Positions 13,638-27,440 of a DNA stretch of 64,000 bases are shown here, piece by piece. The stretch lies in assembly GCF_009914755.1 (NCBI RefSeq), contig NC_060926.1; one strand, given 5' to 3'. The position numbers and the translations under genes were made by a program. Every line of letters begins with the position of its first letter. Positions within the stretch are counted from its first letter, which is position 1. The stretch is from the human T2T-CHM13v2.0 reference genome, Homo sapiens. Below the pieces are notes generated by a model. The model worked only from the letters and a program-made list of their open reading frames with translations. It did not search any database and had not been told where the DNA came from.

Positions 13638-14428
13638 TTAATAAGAGAAACATATGTGGAGAGAAGGCGTTGTTAGAAATAGTTTAAAAATGAATGTTAA
13701 TAGCCACAAGGATATCAAAGCCAGTCTTTCAGAGAATAGTCATAGTATTTACTGGTTTTTTTTCCCCTAGTGGCTAATGGAGTTACAAACTATAAACACC
13801 TAAAATTTCCACTTTTCTTAAAAGATAAATCATCAGAAAATAATTTTGAAATACACATTCTAGTTTTATTAACCAACTGAAACATATTCTAATAAAATGT
13901 ATTTGATGCCCTTTTCCCACAAGTGCCTATATTTAATACAAATTTCAAAGTGTATTTTTATGATAAATGCAAGTGTCATTAATTATAGACAGTTGTCATT
14001 AAGAATAGAAGTACATGGATATATTTTGAATAATCCTATGTCTTTATTCCCTTCGAAAATTCTGTGGTTATTATGAATTTGAGGCTCTAGTACCTAACTA
14101 GAGGATCATCACTATAATTCTGACTTTTTAGTACATGACCAATAATCAGGGAAGTAAAGATCACCTCCACATCCAGAAGCATAATTTATGTGCCCAGGTA
14201 AATCCTTCAGATAAAAATTGAAAGCTACTGTTGATGCATGATATCTCAATTTCGGATTATCAGCTGAGATAAAAACACATCTACAAAGGCAGCTACACGA
14301 TGTACACCAAATTCTTAACTCACTGTTGGCAAAGGCAAAATGAGGAAATTATGCAGAGACGAGAGAGGAAACATGGTAAGCAAAGACCGAAAATCCTAAA
14401 AGATGAAGGTTGATTGTGAAATACTTAC

Positions 14429-14476
14429 TCCTGACATGGGGGTGTAGGCAGGAGGAGGGCTGTGTCCAATTTCACT
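14429..14476 (-). CDS. ERBB4: ERBB4 exon 26, the 48-nt CYT-1 cassette exon (skipped in CYT-2)
   Basis: Acceptor ttcctattag|AGT, donor GGA|gtaagt, phase 0/0. Encodes SEIGHSPPPAYTPMSG, with overlapping PPxY (WW ligand) and YxxM (PI3K p85 ligand) motifs. Confidence 0.98.
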
Positions 14477-15498
14477 CTAATAGGAAAGAAAAATGGAATG
14501 ATGGATATAATAAGAGGCAATATGAATGAAAAAATTAAAAAAAGAAACGAAAAAGAAAAGCCACATGGGTCGTATGAACCAAAGGGGAAAAAGTGCACAA
14601 CAGTGAAGCTTCCTAAGCAGCACAATTGTATGCATTCTGACCATAAGCAAGCTTATTTATATGTTTTGAGGAAAATAAATATTTTAATTCAATCCCTGAA
14701 AAGGAAAATTGTACAGAAAAAGCAAAATTTTTCAATGGATTAGAAAAGTAAATAATAAACATTCTTCTGATTAACCCTAGAGGAAAGGAAAAGTAGTAAA
14801 TGAACTATAGCTGTAAATGGGAAACAGTTTCCTTCTTTACATGTCAAAAGATTGAAATGGCCATATTGTCTGCTGTTATTTTTTCTCTTAGAATAAATGT
14901 TTCTGGAAGGAGATGGCAGGAGATTTCGATTTGCCTGGACTAATTTTTGCTATCAAGCTACATTTATTTTTCACCACTTCAGCAAAAGGTAAACTCCTTA
15001 GTCTCTCCTGATTAAAAGGTATATGCTATTTTATCTTCAGTCTCACATTTTTTTTGTTTTTTTTTTTTAAGTTAAGAAAGAGCAGAAAATTTGGAAAATC
15101 AATTCCTTTCCTGAAAACATGCTTTAGATTCCCCTTATGGTATTTATAATGAGTCAAAATCAGATTTCAGTTAAAGAAACAACAACAAAAATACATCTGT
15201 ATTTTTATAGCTTAACGCTCCATCCTATGGGCTAACTGAAAGAGGATATAAAAATCTAATAAAAGATGAAGGACAGTGTTCCTTAGGGTAAGGAAAAGGA
15301 GTTGTATAATACTAATTCTGTTTCTTAATACAAAAATACATTAAACACATTTTTTGAGAACCTACTGTCTATGTGCCAGGCACTTTTCTAGGCACAGGGA
15401 TAATGCAAAACACAGACCCAAATCGCTTGATTTTATGAAGCTTATATTCTCTGCGATCCAGCTTTAAGTAAACAGAGATGACTAAAATAAACCTCTAA

Positions 15499-15796
<298 letters not shown>

Positions 15797-18700
15797 ATAC
15801 TTTACATCTTTTAAATGAAACAGATAAATATTATTCCAGGTCAATGTTCATATGATTTAGATTCATGAAGCATTCTAAGAAGAATATGGTCCCATGGAGA
15901 TTAAGTGTTTAAAGTAAGTCAATAACAACTGGATAATATAATCTCCCTTAACTAACTTAGTCTGCTGGACTAATCAAGGGACATGGTCTGAACCCCTATA
16001 GTGAGGTTATATCTTAATTTTCCCTACAACTATGGTGGTATTAGAATATTTATCTATTTTCTTCTTTAGTAACATAACTAACAACACCTCAAAGATTATG
16101 GCATGGAAAGTCAGAGATATATTTAATATGCAATACATAGGAGGTGCTACTATGCAACAGACAGATCGTTTAATGACCTGGGCTCCAGTTCCAATGATAA
16201 GTGGTGTGAATTTGGTGAATCATGAAACCTCTCAGACCCTCATTTTCATTCTTGGCCTCCCTATTTTATTATTAATAAATATGAAGTAAGATAATGTATA
16301 TAAATGAACTTTGTAAACTCTACACTATTATAAAAATGTAAAGGATATATCAATCACATTTAAATATTCATATCTACTAAATTGAATTTTTAAAATAAAG
16401 CAATCAGGATGCCAAAGCTACTCATCAGAGGCATTTTAAAATGCTCACCTGTTCTCTAATCACCTTAAATATAGGCATGTTTTACTATATTTTAGAAATA
16501 CCTGAAATCCAGTACATTTGTTCATAAAATTTGAGGAAAGTATTTTTTATACTCCAGTGATTTGTAATATAGAGTGATAGTACAGGAAATATGGAACTGC
16601 CTGGTGGAACTTTACCAAATTACAAACACTGGCCTTACCCTCATCATTAAACACCAATTATTTGGCAAGTATTTAACAAATATTTACTAAATCTCTACAG
16701 TGAAAGCACAGGCACTGTGGTAGATGCCAGCAATACCACCATATATTAAGAAAGACATGGCCACTGTCCTTTGAGAATTTGCACTATCAATTATAATCTA
16801 AGATTGTTAGAAGAAAAGGCAAGAATGAAACAAGGCAATTTATTTCAAGTCTATGGTTATATATTAGAATGCCAGGTATTCCAAAATATTCATAATTACT
16901 AGTGCTCCTTTGACCTCTTACCTTGCAAAAGTTGCTGTACTGGGTAATGTTTGACTAGAATTACAGCTGAGAAATGAGTATTGATTGCACATTTTGCATT
17001 TTACAAAACCTGAGACGTAAACAATCAAAGGAACAACTTACAAGTCATTCTTCATCAGGGAACAGTTTATTATCTATATTCATTATCTGGGCTAGAATGG
17101 CTTCCATTGTAAAGGCAACGGATTAAAACAACTGGGACTCTTGCGGTTAGTCTGTTCCAAGACATAAAGCGAGGCCATGCCCTATTAGAATGCATCCACT
17201 GTCCCTGCTTTGACAAGTCTTTCAGTCAGCAACCTGCCAACTCTGTATCTGGACAAACTGCCAAATAGCATCACAGTAATAGGAGCATCTTCATGAATTT
17301 TCCTGTTTTCAGCATTAAAATGGAAAAAATGCTAAGCAAAACCCCTTTAGCATTCATTGTTTTTAGGGCTACTGGCTGCTTTTTTTATGTTTCTGTTTCC
17401 ATTTTTTCAGTTTGCTTTTTTATCTGTTTTCCATGATAAAAAGCACCTCATTCACTTCCCCGTGGAAGGGCAATGCAGCTCCAAGGGAACATCTGTGAGG
17501 CCAATTAGCTGGGCTGGAAATGTGATATAATTGTTGTTTAAATATATTTAAATTACATGTTAATCACGATGTCATAATTTATAAGCTTTGAAAATAACTT
17601 TTTGTACTTGAGAGCCAAGCCAGATTTTACTTGTTTTTGCTGTTTTTAGTTTGAAACCAGCTCTTCTCATTTCTCTCTCCCTCAATTCCCCACACTTGAA
17701 GAGCTGAACTTTTAATATTGGAAAGAATGACAGCTGCAAGTAAATTGGTTGAGTAAAAATTAAGATCCTCACAGCAGTCAAAATGAGCTGGAGTGACCTT
17801 AAAGTTCGAAGCAGAACAAAGCAATGCTCTCAGTTAAAAGCTTTTGTTTTTCCATTGTGCTACTTTCTGCTGTCCATCAAAGTCCAGCTTTGCAGATCTT
17901 TAGGAAGCAGCACTGGGTGCATCTGTTCAATTAGCTGGTGAGGCGATTTACTGTCAGCAGGGCAGAGATAGAAAGAGGCGGGTTAGGAACTGGCAGGTGA
18001 TACTGAGTTTGTTCCTGGTGGGGGGGTTTGTAAGGGTGATGGATGGAATGAGTTTAATTCTGTGGCCATATCGCTGGGAGATTGTATGATTAACTTGGAC
18101 TTAAATGCCAGAGATTAAAGAGAAGGCAAGTATCAGTAAATGAATCAAATACGGTATTAAATGCACTTTTAAATACATCATGTTCTAAAATTTACTTTTT
18201 AGTTGAATGATAAATATTAGAACCTTTGTCTCATATGCACAGTATTTCTTATATTTGTATTATTTAATATTGTTCCTGAGAAATTTTATTTATTAAATAG
18301 ATGGACTGTATCTTGTGATATTTTTAAAAATTATTATACAAATCTACTTTCGGAGGAAACAAAAATACAGGCCTAATGCCTAGCTTCTATCTAAATTAAA
18401 CAGGTGATCAATGAGAGTCACTTTCTAATCTTTAAATAATTATTACTTTCAATAGTAATTATAAGATTACAATTTCTAGGTTCAAGAAATACTCCAAATT
18501 CCTTTGACTAAAATAAAATGTCTCTGTAAGACGTTGCTAATCCATCAGCACTAATTTATTATCCAGACACTTCCACATAGTAACTATTAAAGGTTCTCAA
18601 CCTTTTATCCTCCCTGACATATCTGCTTAACACTCTGATGAGCATCTCCACACTTTCACAGGTCACATAGCAACATACAGAAAATGTTTATTGCATTATG

Positions 18701-19041
18701 TTATAATTATTGCATTATAAATTATAATTCCTGATGCATGGTTGTAACTCTGCATCTTTCTCACAACTGAGTTCAACATACCAGTGTTTTGAGACGTTTA
18801 GATTTAGGACCTTCATTTTTCACAGGGCAATCAGAAGGAAACAAACAGAATGTGTCCATATGTGCCAAACCCAATAATGGCTGGGAAAAGCCTACTGAGA
18901 TTTCAGCTGCTGGCTGAATTTTATATATATGACACATAATGTCTTTTGTCTATTTATGTATACATATATTTATTTATTTAGTCATTTTTCTATTTGGTTT
19001 GATTCTGTGGGACTCTACTTTTTTGAAAAAACTCTCTTACT

Positions 19042-19042
<1 letters not shown>

Positions 19043-19089
<47 letters not shown>
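19043..19089. repeat. (CA)23 microsatellite, read as (UG)23 in the pre-mRNA
   Basis: Uninterrupted dinucleotide repeat. Confidence 0.99.
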
Positions 19090-19091
<2 letters not shown>

Positions 19092-19148
19092 CAATAATGA
19101 CTCTATGATCCAGTTGAAGAAATATTGACTTGGGCTCTTATTCTTTTT

Positions 19149-19441
19149 TGTTGTTGTTTGTTTGTTTGTTTTTCGAGATGGAGTCTTGCTCTGTTGCCCA
19201 GGCTGGAGTGCAGTGGCGTGATCTCGGCTCACTGCAGTCTCTGCCTCCCGGGTTCAAGCAATTCTCTGCCTCAGCCTCCCGAGTAGCTGGGATTGCAGGT
19301 GCCCACCACCACGCCTGGCTAATTTTTAGAGACAGGGTTTCACTATCTTGGCCAGGCTGGTCTTGAACTCCTGACCTCATGATCCACCTGCCTCGGCCTC
19401 CCAAAGTGCTGGGATTACAGACGTGAGCCACCGCGCCCGGC
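19149..19441 (-). mobile_element. AluS-type element
   Basis: Full dimer with small deletions; TSD ggctct(t/c)attcttt on both sides. Confidence 0.95.
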
Positions 19442-20225
19442 TGGCTCTCATTCTTTATCCACTCATTAATCTTGGAACCTTTCATCTTTCATATATGTCT
19501 CATGTACTCATTTAATTAAAAAATTGAACAAATGGAAACTATGAGTGGTATCTGTAAATATGAACAAGAGTCAAGACAGAATTTACAAAGCATATGGAAA
19601 TGCTGTCTTTTATAATGCTTAATAATCCTGCTTTTCTTAAGTCAGTCCTCAAAGTCTACTTTTATTGTGTTTCATAGATGAATACATGATAACTCTTAGG
19701 GAAATTAAGAAATAGAAAGAGAAACTAATATATATTATGTACCTACCCTATACCATGGACTATTTTAGGTTTTATTTATTCTTATAAACTTGTAAGGTAA
19801 ATAGCATTATTAAAAATTATAACTCCCATTTTATAGACAAAAAAATTGTGGAGCAGAGAAATTAAAGGATCTGCCATGTGCACACATCCATAGTTGGCTA
19901 TCTGACCACATAGCCCGTCACTCTATGACCTTAACATTATACCACACATAGATTTTGACTTTAGCATTTCTATTCTTACTCATCTTTGCCCTGTCTCTTC
20001 CTTTGCGTTATGCCTCAACTATTTTCTCAAACAAATTCTTACAGTTTCTTTCTCTAGTTTTAGTGAAAAGAACTTAATGACTTAAGGAGGCATCTGAAAC
20101 TCATTATCTTAAGTATAAAATGCTGATAATGTGTTACATTACTGCTCCACCCCACTTATTTTCACTTAAATTAGTTACAAGGACATAAACTGGAAAGAAG
20201 GAAACTTTGAGTATTAAGAGTTAAT

Positions 20226-20228
<3 letters not shown>

Positions 20229-20268
<40 letters not shown>
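20229..20268. repeat. (GT)20 microsatellite, read as (AC)20 in the pre-mRNA
   Basis: Uninterrupted dinucleotide repeat. Confidence 0.99.
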
Positions 20269-20270
<2 letters not shown>

Positions 20271-22341
20271 TTTTCCATTCTTTCCTACAAGTCCTTTTTA
20301 TCTAAAATCATGTTGTGTATATATACATTTACCTACCTCACCAAGAGCAAAGCCAGCCCTGAAGCAGGAGGAGACAATTTTAAATAACTGGAGAGCACAA
20401 AGATTTTTCATGACAGCACTCTTGCTTATGGATTTATTGTTCCTAGTACAAGGCTTAGTCAATAAATTCTTCTTCCTGCTTGACTGAGGGTAAGTAAGCT
20501 ATTGTATCCCCGGGCAGCAATTCCTATGCCCTTTCCAAATATCAGTAGAACAAGAGGATATTTCCTTTTAAAATATTCATGGCTAAATGAGTCAATAAAA
20601 TGAAACTGAAAATCTCCCTCACTTTACAGGTTCCTGCTTTAAGTTGCTGCTTTGAGCAATAGTATGTGATGGAATCAAAGAATGTTATTAGCACAGTCAA
20701 AAAAGAAAGGGCATAAAGAAATACAATTTTCCACTAATGCCAACATTGCTTAGCTTCATTCAAGATAAGCAACAAGAATTGTGTCACCCTTCTTGAGATG
20801 AGTGATCACACAGAATTGATCTCTTTACCCTGGTGCAAGTTCTGCATTTTTGTATTGTTTGGTTGGTTCTAGCAACTTTCTCTTTTTTGGCATGTTTATA
20901 TTCATTTCCATTAGCATGTTGTCATAATTGAACCTTTTCCTCATGATCACTTAGCTACTAGCTAATGCATATAGCCAGAAACCTAAAGAGGAAAACTTCT
21001 AGGAGTTTCTCAAAGACTTCTCAGTAATTCTTTTCAGTTAGAGAGGGTAGGCTCTTTTTCTTTCTTTCTTTTTTAATGTATGCTTAAGAACATCTAGTTC
21101 TAATGCAATGTCTTTAAGAACAGAAATGAAATCATCAAGCCTTTTCGATGTGTAAATTCTGGAGTAGCCTAACTGATTCTTCAAATGAATCGTGAAGTTG
21201 TCTCTGCTTGTGTGGTTTTTATCCTAACCTCATAAAGAATATCTGATGAAGATTTTTCAGGATGCAAACAATGCACTGGATCGGGCAACTTTTTTGAAGA
21301 CAAAAACCCCACAGACCTAGAACAAATGGTCTCATGAAATCCTTCTACCTCCAGGATTGTATTCTTGAATAGGTCTCACTAAGTCACATGACTTTTAACA
21401 AATTCCTTAGTTTCTTGGTCTTTTAGTTTATTTAATCCTAAAAAGAAGAATAGGGGTATAGGACAAGTAATAGAAAAGATCACTTCCAACTACCAAAGGA
21501 TTTACGTGTAAAATAAATTTTCTGCCTCAAGCCCACACGATTAGTTATTAAATATTGTAAAATGTGATTAACATTAAAGCAAAGTATCTTATAAAGTTTT
21601 CTCTCATAAATCTTTTCAAAGTCGACTCATCGCTTTTTCTTTCCTTTTTAAAGTGGACTATCTTGTTCAAAGTATCACTTAGGCTACATGCAGTATATGA
21701 TTGTATGTTTTGATGAGGCTGAACCACATTTGGATGATGACTCATGAAAATACAATTTTTTGAAATAAAGTTTTATGATTTAAAATGTTTATTTTACAGA
21801 TAGAGACTCTGACACTCTGAGAGGTTAATTTTCCAAGGTAACAAAAGTAGTGACGGTACTAGCAACAAGATTCCCTGAGTTCCCATCCAATGTACAATCT
21901 GTTATACCTTAGAACCTCAAATTAACTTTTAATAAATAATAATAAGCATCCTTTAGAGGTTGCATTTTTTATGTTTTTCAGAAACAAACCTATTTATTTT
22001 TTAAATATAGCTGAAAGCATTGGCCTTAACCAAAACATTTGTTCTAAGCTGAAATACATATTAATATACGCAAAGTAAATTTAGTGACACTTTAATTTTA
22101 AGACAAACAGATATTAACTTTTGTTATTGAATAGGCTATAAGACGTTTATTAGACAAATGGGATAATTAATATGGCCATACACATATTAATTAACATATT
22201 AGTTAAAAGTAGTATTTATTAAAATGGTACTTTGTCTACAAAACAGGTTGCCCTTCACAGAGAAGAGATATGTTATCTAAACACTCTACCTATAAAAGCC
22301 AGTTATTAAAAATCGATATACACATACATGCTTATTGTCAG

Positions 22342-22412
22342 TTGATATACTTTTACCTTCATAATATTTATATCTGCTACTTGATATACTTTTACCTTCA
22401 CAGCATTTATCT
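22342..22412. repeat. Imperfect 39-bp tandem duplication
   Basis: ttgatatacttttaccttca... starts at 22342 and again at 22381. Confidence 0.85.
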
Positions 22413-24789
22413 CCAGATCTGTCTATGCAATAAGATACTGTTTAGGGATTAAAATAATTGTTAAAAATAAGTAATCTATAAGGCAGGTTTGAACTAAGAA
22501 TAAGAAAAAAAAAAAGACTATAAACACTTTGAATTTGAATGCCATAACTTTAGAATTTGAAATGTAATGTCTTTGCCTAGATATAGTTCCTTTTGTACTA
22601 TCAGCGAAGACTTAAATCTCAATTTTAGGCTCTGTGTATGTGTGGATACATATGTTAGATATATATATGTGCATACACATGTATATGTATTAATATACAT
22701 GCTAAGAAAATTAATAGCTTAAAACAAGATAACAAAGGTTATGTAACCCATACAATCAAACACATCATATTTTAGAGGCTGTTAACTCATTTGTGGGGCA
22801 GCTTTTGTTTTGTTTTTCTTATGTTTCACATGCAGATATTGTTTATCAACAAATGAGTGATGTTCACTAAAAAAAAACCATGTATAAGAGTTCTACTTAG
22901 AAATATTTGTTACTCTATTTAGAGTTTAGAGTTATTTACTGGCAAATAATAAGGCAACAGTGAAATATTCAATCTTCTCTTTAGTAATAACCCAAGCTCA
23001 GGATGCTTTATTATATATTCAACATTTCAATAATAGTATTTAGAGCAATCTATGTGTGAGAATGTAAAAAATATGAAGCGCACGGTTTGTGTATTGGAGG
23101 ATGGAGAACAAATAATATAGGAAATAGAACTGCAAATGTTATAAACCTTATTTTGGCACGTAGATTTTATTCAGTGTTTTAAGTGATAGGTGTTGGCAAC
23201 AAGCAAACAATTTAACGTAATACAGATAAAGCCCTTCAGTGTTCCTATAATTGCAGTGTGGACCAGGTTGAAAATATCTTCAGTTATGCTAGTTTATGCA
23301 AACTGTTTACCAGATAAAAAGTGAATTTGTAACAATGGTTTATTCATCCAACTACTGCTCTTTAAGCTACCAGGTGGCACAGCTGTTGCCGTAAGTAAAA
23401 AGATTTCTAACAGTCCACCTGGAATTAGGACAGCTGGTTCCTGTGAGCTGATCTGAATAATGTACTGTGAATACTCTGGTACAGCTACTGACAGAACAAA
23501 CAGCACATGACTGTCCCATCAGCCCAGAGCAAACACTAGTTACATTTGACAGAAACAGGCTGGTATTTACAACTGATCTAGGCCAAAAAGAATATCAGAT
23601 TGAAGGCAACACCCCAAGAGAAAATAGCCCTCCCCGAGAGCTACCTGTTGACCATAGTCTAAGCAGCTTTTGCCATTATTGAAAAGCCCCCAAATCTGAT
23701 TTTGCTGCATATAAAAAGGAAGAGGAAAAATATACAAAGCATTCCTGCATCTATTTGTGAACCATTTTGGAATTTTCTAAAATAAAAAAATGGCCAATAC
23801 TTCTTAGTTTTCCATTTACACGGTTGCTGCCAAAGTCAACCCAGATTAGCCAGAATCATGGCCATAATAATTTTCTTTTAATTTCTAAAATTGTAACACT
23901 TTACTAAAAAAATGAAGCAAAAAATGAAATGGAACTAAAACTAGAGAATCTCATTTAAATCTGCCATTGGTACCACAGATGACCCATAGAGACGGTAAAT
24001 GACTTTCTTCAGGATGATACAGCTAGTTACTAACAGGCCTAATTAGAAAAACATCTATCGGCTGAGGATCCTTAGATTGTCCACCTGAGCCAAGGACAGC
24101 CGAGGTGAAACTCTAAAGCAGGCAAAATCTGATCTCAGTGTTTCCCCACTAAGGTTGATTTTGCAGTTTCAGGCCCGTGATTCTTTATTCCTAACAGAAT
24201 TATTTCTGGGCCCATTTATTTCTGCCCCGGCTCCGTGGAAAATAGGACTGTATTGTCCTCCCATTCCAGGTGTACAATTCTTGATCAGCAACTCACACTC
24301 CAAAAACATCCTCAATTATCTATACTTTTATTTTCTGCCCAGAAACATGCCTTTAGCCAGGCCAGAGGGCATCTATTTAGTCTGATGAATTCATTCGTAA
24401 AATCTTCTCAAATTGGTCAAATTGGTGTTAGTAGATTATGATGGAATTACTTCAGGGAACACTGAACTACAGAATACCACGTCATACCCATATAACTAAC
24501 AGCTGCCCTGATAATCTACACTGATCTGTTTCACAGCATTTCAAACATCACATTTCTTAAAGTGAAATGGCCATCTTCTTCTCTCCCTGGCCTGCTTGTC
24601 TTTCTTTGCTTGGTGAATAATATCAATAACTTATCCAGCTGTGCAAGTCAAATATCTTAGTGTTATCTTTCATGTCTCCTCTACCCCACTCCTTATAGCT
24701 AAGCATCCAAGGTCTACCCTTTCAAACCTCTTAATACCCCCAGAATCTAACCATTCTCTTCATCCTCATGGCCACTATTTCAGTTGTGG

Positions 24790-24922
24790 TTAAGGTGCCA
24801 AAAACTTTGTCACTCCCACTGGGATACTTAGAGAGTAAAAGAAAGTGTTATTAATAATTATGCTTCTGATACAGAAGTAAACTAGGATGCACTAAGGAAA
24901 ACAGGCACTTATGAAAATCTTA
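24790..24922. mobile_element. MER94/MER81-like hAT-Blackjack MITE
   Basis: taaggtgcca...gagagtaaaagaaagtgttattaataattatgc...atgaaaatctta, with degenerate TAGGGTGACC-type ends. Confidence 0.55.
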
Positions 24923-25050
24923 ATTATGGTACCATTTCTTGACTAGAGTACTGTAACAACCTTCTAGCTGTTCTCCTTGATCTCATTCTTTCCCTTCACT
25001 CCAATCTAATACTCATACTTCCTTCCCCTGCTTTAAAAATTGCAAGACCT

Positions 25051-25347
<297 letters not shown>

Positions 25348-26989
25348 CTACTGTTGCCCTCAGGCTAAATGAAGTCCATTATTTGTGGCATTGGAGGCTT
25401 TGGTAACTATGATCCTTGCCAGTTTCTCCAGCTTCACCTCTTTCTTTGCTCTTTCCTCATAAGCCTTCAGTCAAATAAATCTCAGATTTGCTTGATGAGC
25501 CCTTTCCTCTCTCACCTCCGACCTCTGTCCAAGTTCTAATTACTTCCTCAATGCTCTTTCTGGCTTCTTTGCCTTGATTACATCGTGATCTTATGAAAAA
25601 TTGTCAGTAGCTTCATTATATTTAATTATTGATTCAAAAAGTATTTATGAAAGAACCCATTATATGCCCCATGTGAATAATTTAACAACTGTATTCTGTT
25701 TATTTCATCAGTGTGTCTTTTTTCTTAGACTATGAGTCTGTTTAGAAATGGATTCACTCTAATTTACTATTAAATTTTTCATATCTAGCACAGTGCCAGG
25801 GGCACAGACATGGTGAATGTTCAGCAAAGATATATTGAATCAAAGGAGAGATTAAAAAATGTCTTAAACCCAAAGAGTGGCTCTATTGATGAAAAATCTC
25901 AGTGACTCCATCAAGCCAGTTGGATAAGTTTTAAAAGATGTGGAATTTTAGCATCCCTGATATTATATATGGTACACATCTTCTTCTGCAGATGGCTTGG
26001 GTGGAATTGAACTCAGATGCAATTATCTGACTATTATATCTCATCTAGTACACTCTTCCTGTCAATATCAGTTACTATTTCTGAAGCCATTGTTGGAAAT
26101 CTTAATTCTAATGGCAAAGTTTTTTAAAAGTATTTTTAAAAGTATTCTTACAAATGGGTGAGTGATTCTGAATGCGATGAACATTTCACATTCAGCTATA
26201 AAACTTCAAGATTCTATCACTAGTATGACAACATTCCCCTAAGACACCTAGGTATTTCCTATTGCTTTGGAGACCTAGAGAACCAGGGTTTAGCTGTATC
26301 CCTGAAAAATACAACTTGTTAACTAAGAACAATAAGACAGACCTTGTAGATAAACCAACTGTAGGCAGATGCAAAATGTATCCTTTCTCTACAAGTGGTA
26401 CATATCACCTAACTGCATTTCCACACTGTGGTGCACAGAACAAACACATAAGGAAGGACCATTTTAAAATTTTCAAAAAGTATTTTAAGGATAATCATGG
26501 CTAAATGCTACAGAAAATCAAACTTATAAGTCAATGAAATTCTAAATCAAAATTACAGAGTATGAGTCTCTGAGAAGGGAAGTAGCTGCTGGAGAAGAGC
26601 TCTTGATAAGAGAAAAGGACGGTCATCCAACAGCCCCGCTGCCTTAAAAAAGTGTTCTCTAAGCTTAGGGTTCTCATCTGTAAAATGGGGATAATAATGC
26701 CTGTGTTGGGTGCTTTATAAGCTTTATAAGCTCGTGTTTATGATGTTAAATATCTTTGAATAGAATAACATAGTAGATAAATGTGCAACAGGCTTTTTTC
26801 TCCAGTGACATAAAGAAAATACAGCTGAATACTGAATTTTCCAAGTATCCCTCACACAAAATCAACTAAATGCTGCCTTCCAAATAAGCATACACTTTTT
26901 ATATACCACAATAAAAGTATTTGCACAGTGACATGATTATCTGTGTGAGGGTAGAGGTTATTTTGCAAACTTTGTATCACAAATTTTAT

Positions 26990-27440
26990 TTGAAGTAAAA
27001 TAAGCCAGGCACAGAAGACAAACTTTGCATGTTCTCACATATCTGTGGGAGCTAAAAATTAACACAATTGAAATTATGGAGATAGAGAGTAGAAGGATGG
27101 TTACCAGAGGCTGGGAATGGTAGTCAAGGGGAGAGTAAGAGGAAGTGGGGATGGTTAATGGGTACAAAAAAAAAATAGAGTAAATAAGATCTAGTATTTG
27201 ATAACACAACAGAGTGACTATAGTCAATAGTAATTTAGCTGTATATTTTAAAATAAATAAAAACATATAACTGGATTGCTTGTAACACAAAGGACAAATG
27301 TTTGAGATGATGGAAACCCTATTTACCCTGATGTGATTATTAAACATTGTATGCCTGTATCAAAATATCTCCCATACACCCAAAATATATACCTACTATG
27401 TACCCACAAAAATTAAATATTTAAAAATTTTTAAAAAGTT
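26990..27440 (+). mobile_element. L1MA-type LINE-1 3' end fragment
   Basis: aataagccaggcacagaagacaaactttgcatgttctcac...gagagtagaaggatggttaccagaggctggg...tactatgtacccacaaaaattaaa. Confidence 0.9.

Noticed and set aside
14374-14381. U1-like GCUUACC that could pair with the exon 26 donor
   Set aside because: Only ~6 bp of complementarity, too weak to call without structure data.
22633-22700. TA/CA-rich quasi-palindromes (also 100-210, 28420-28445, 53310-53440)
   Set aside because: Low-complexity sequence with imperfect self-complementarity expected by chance.
26958-27347. 129-aa hydrophobic ORF
   Set aside because: Antisense reading of an L1MA 3' end.
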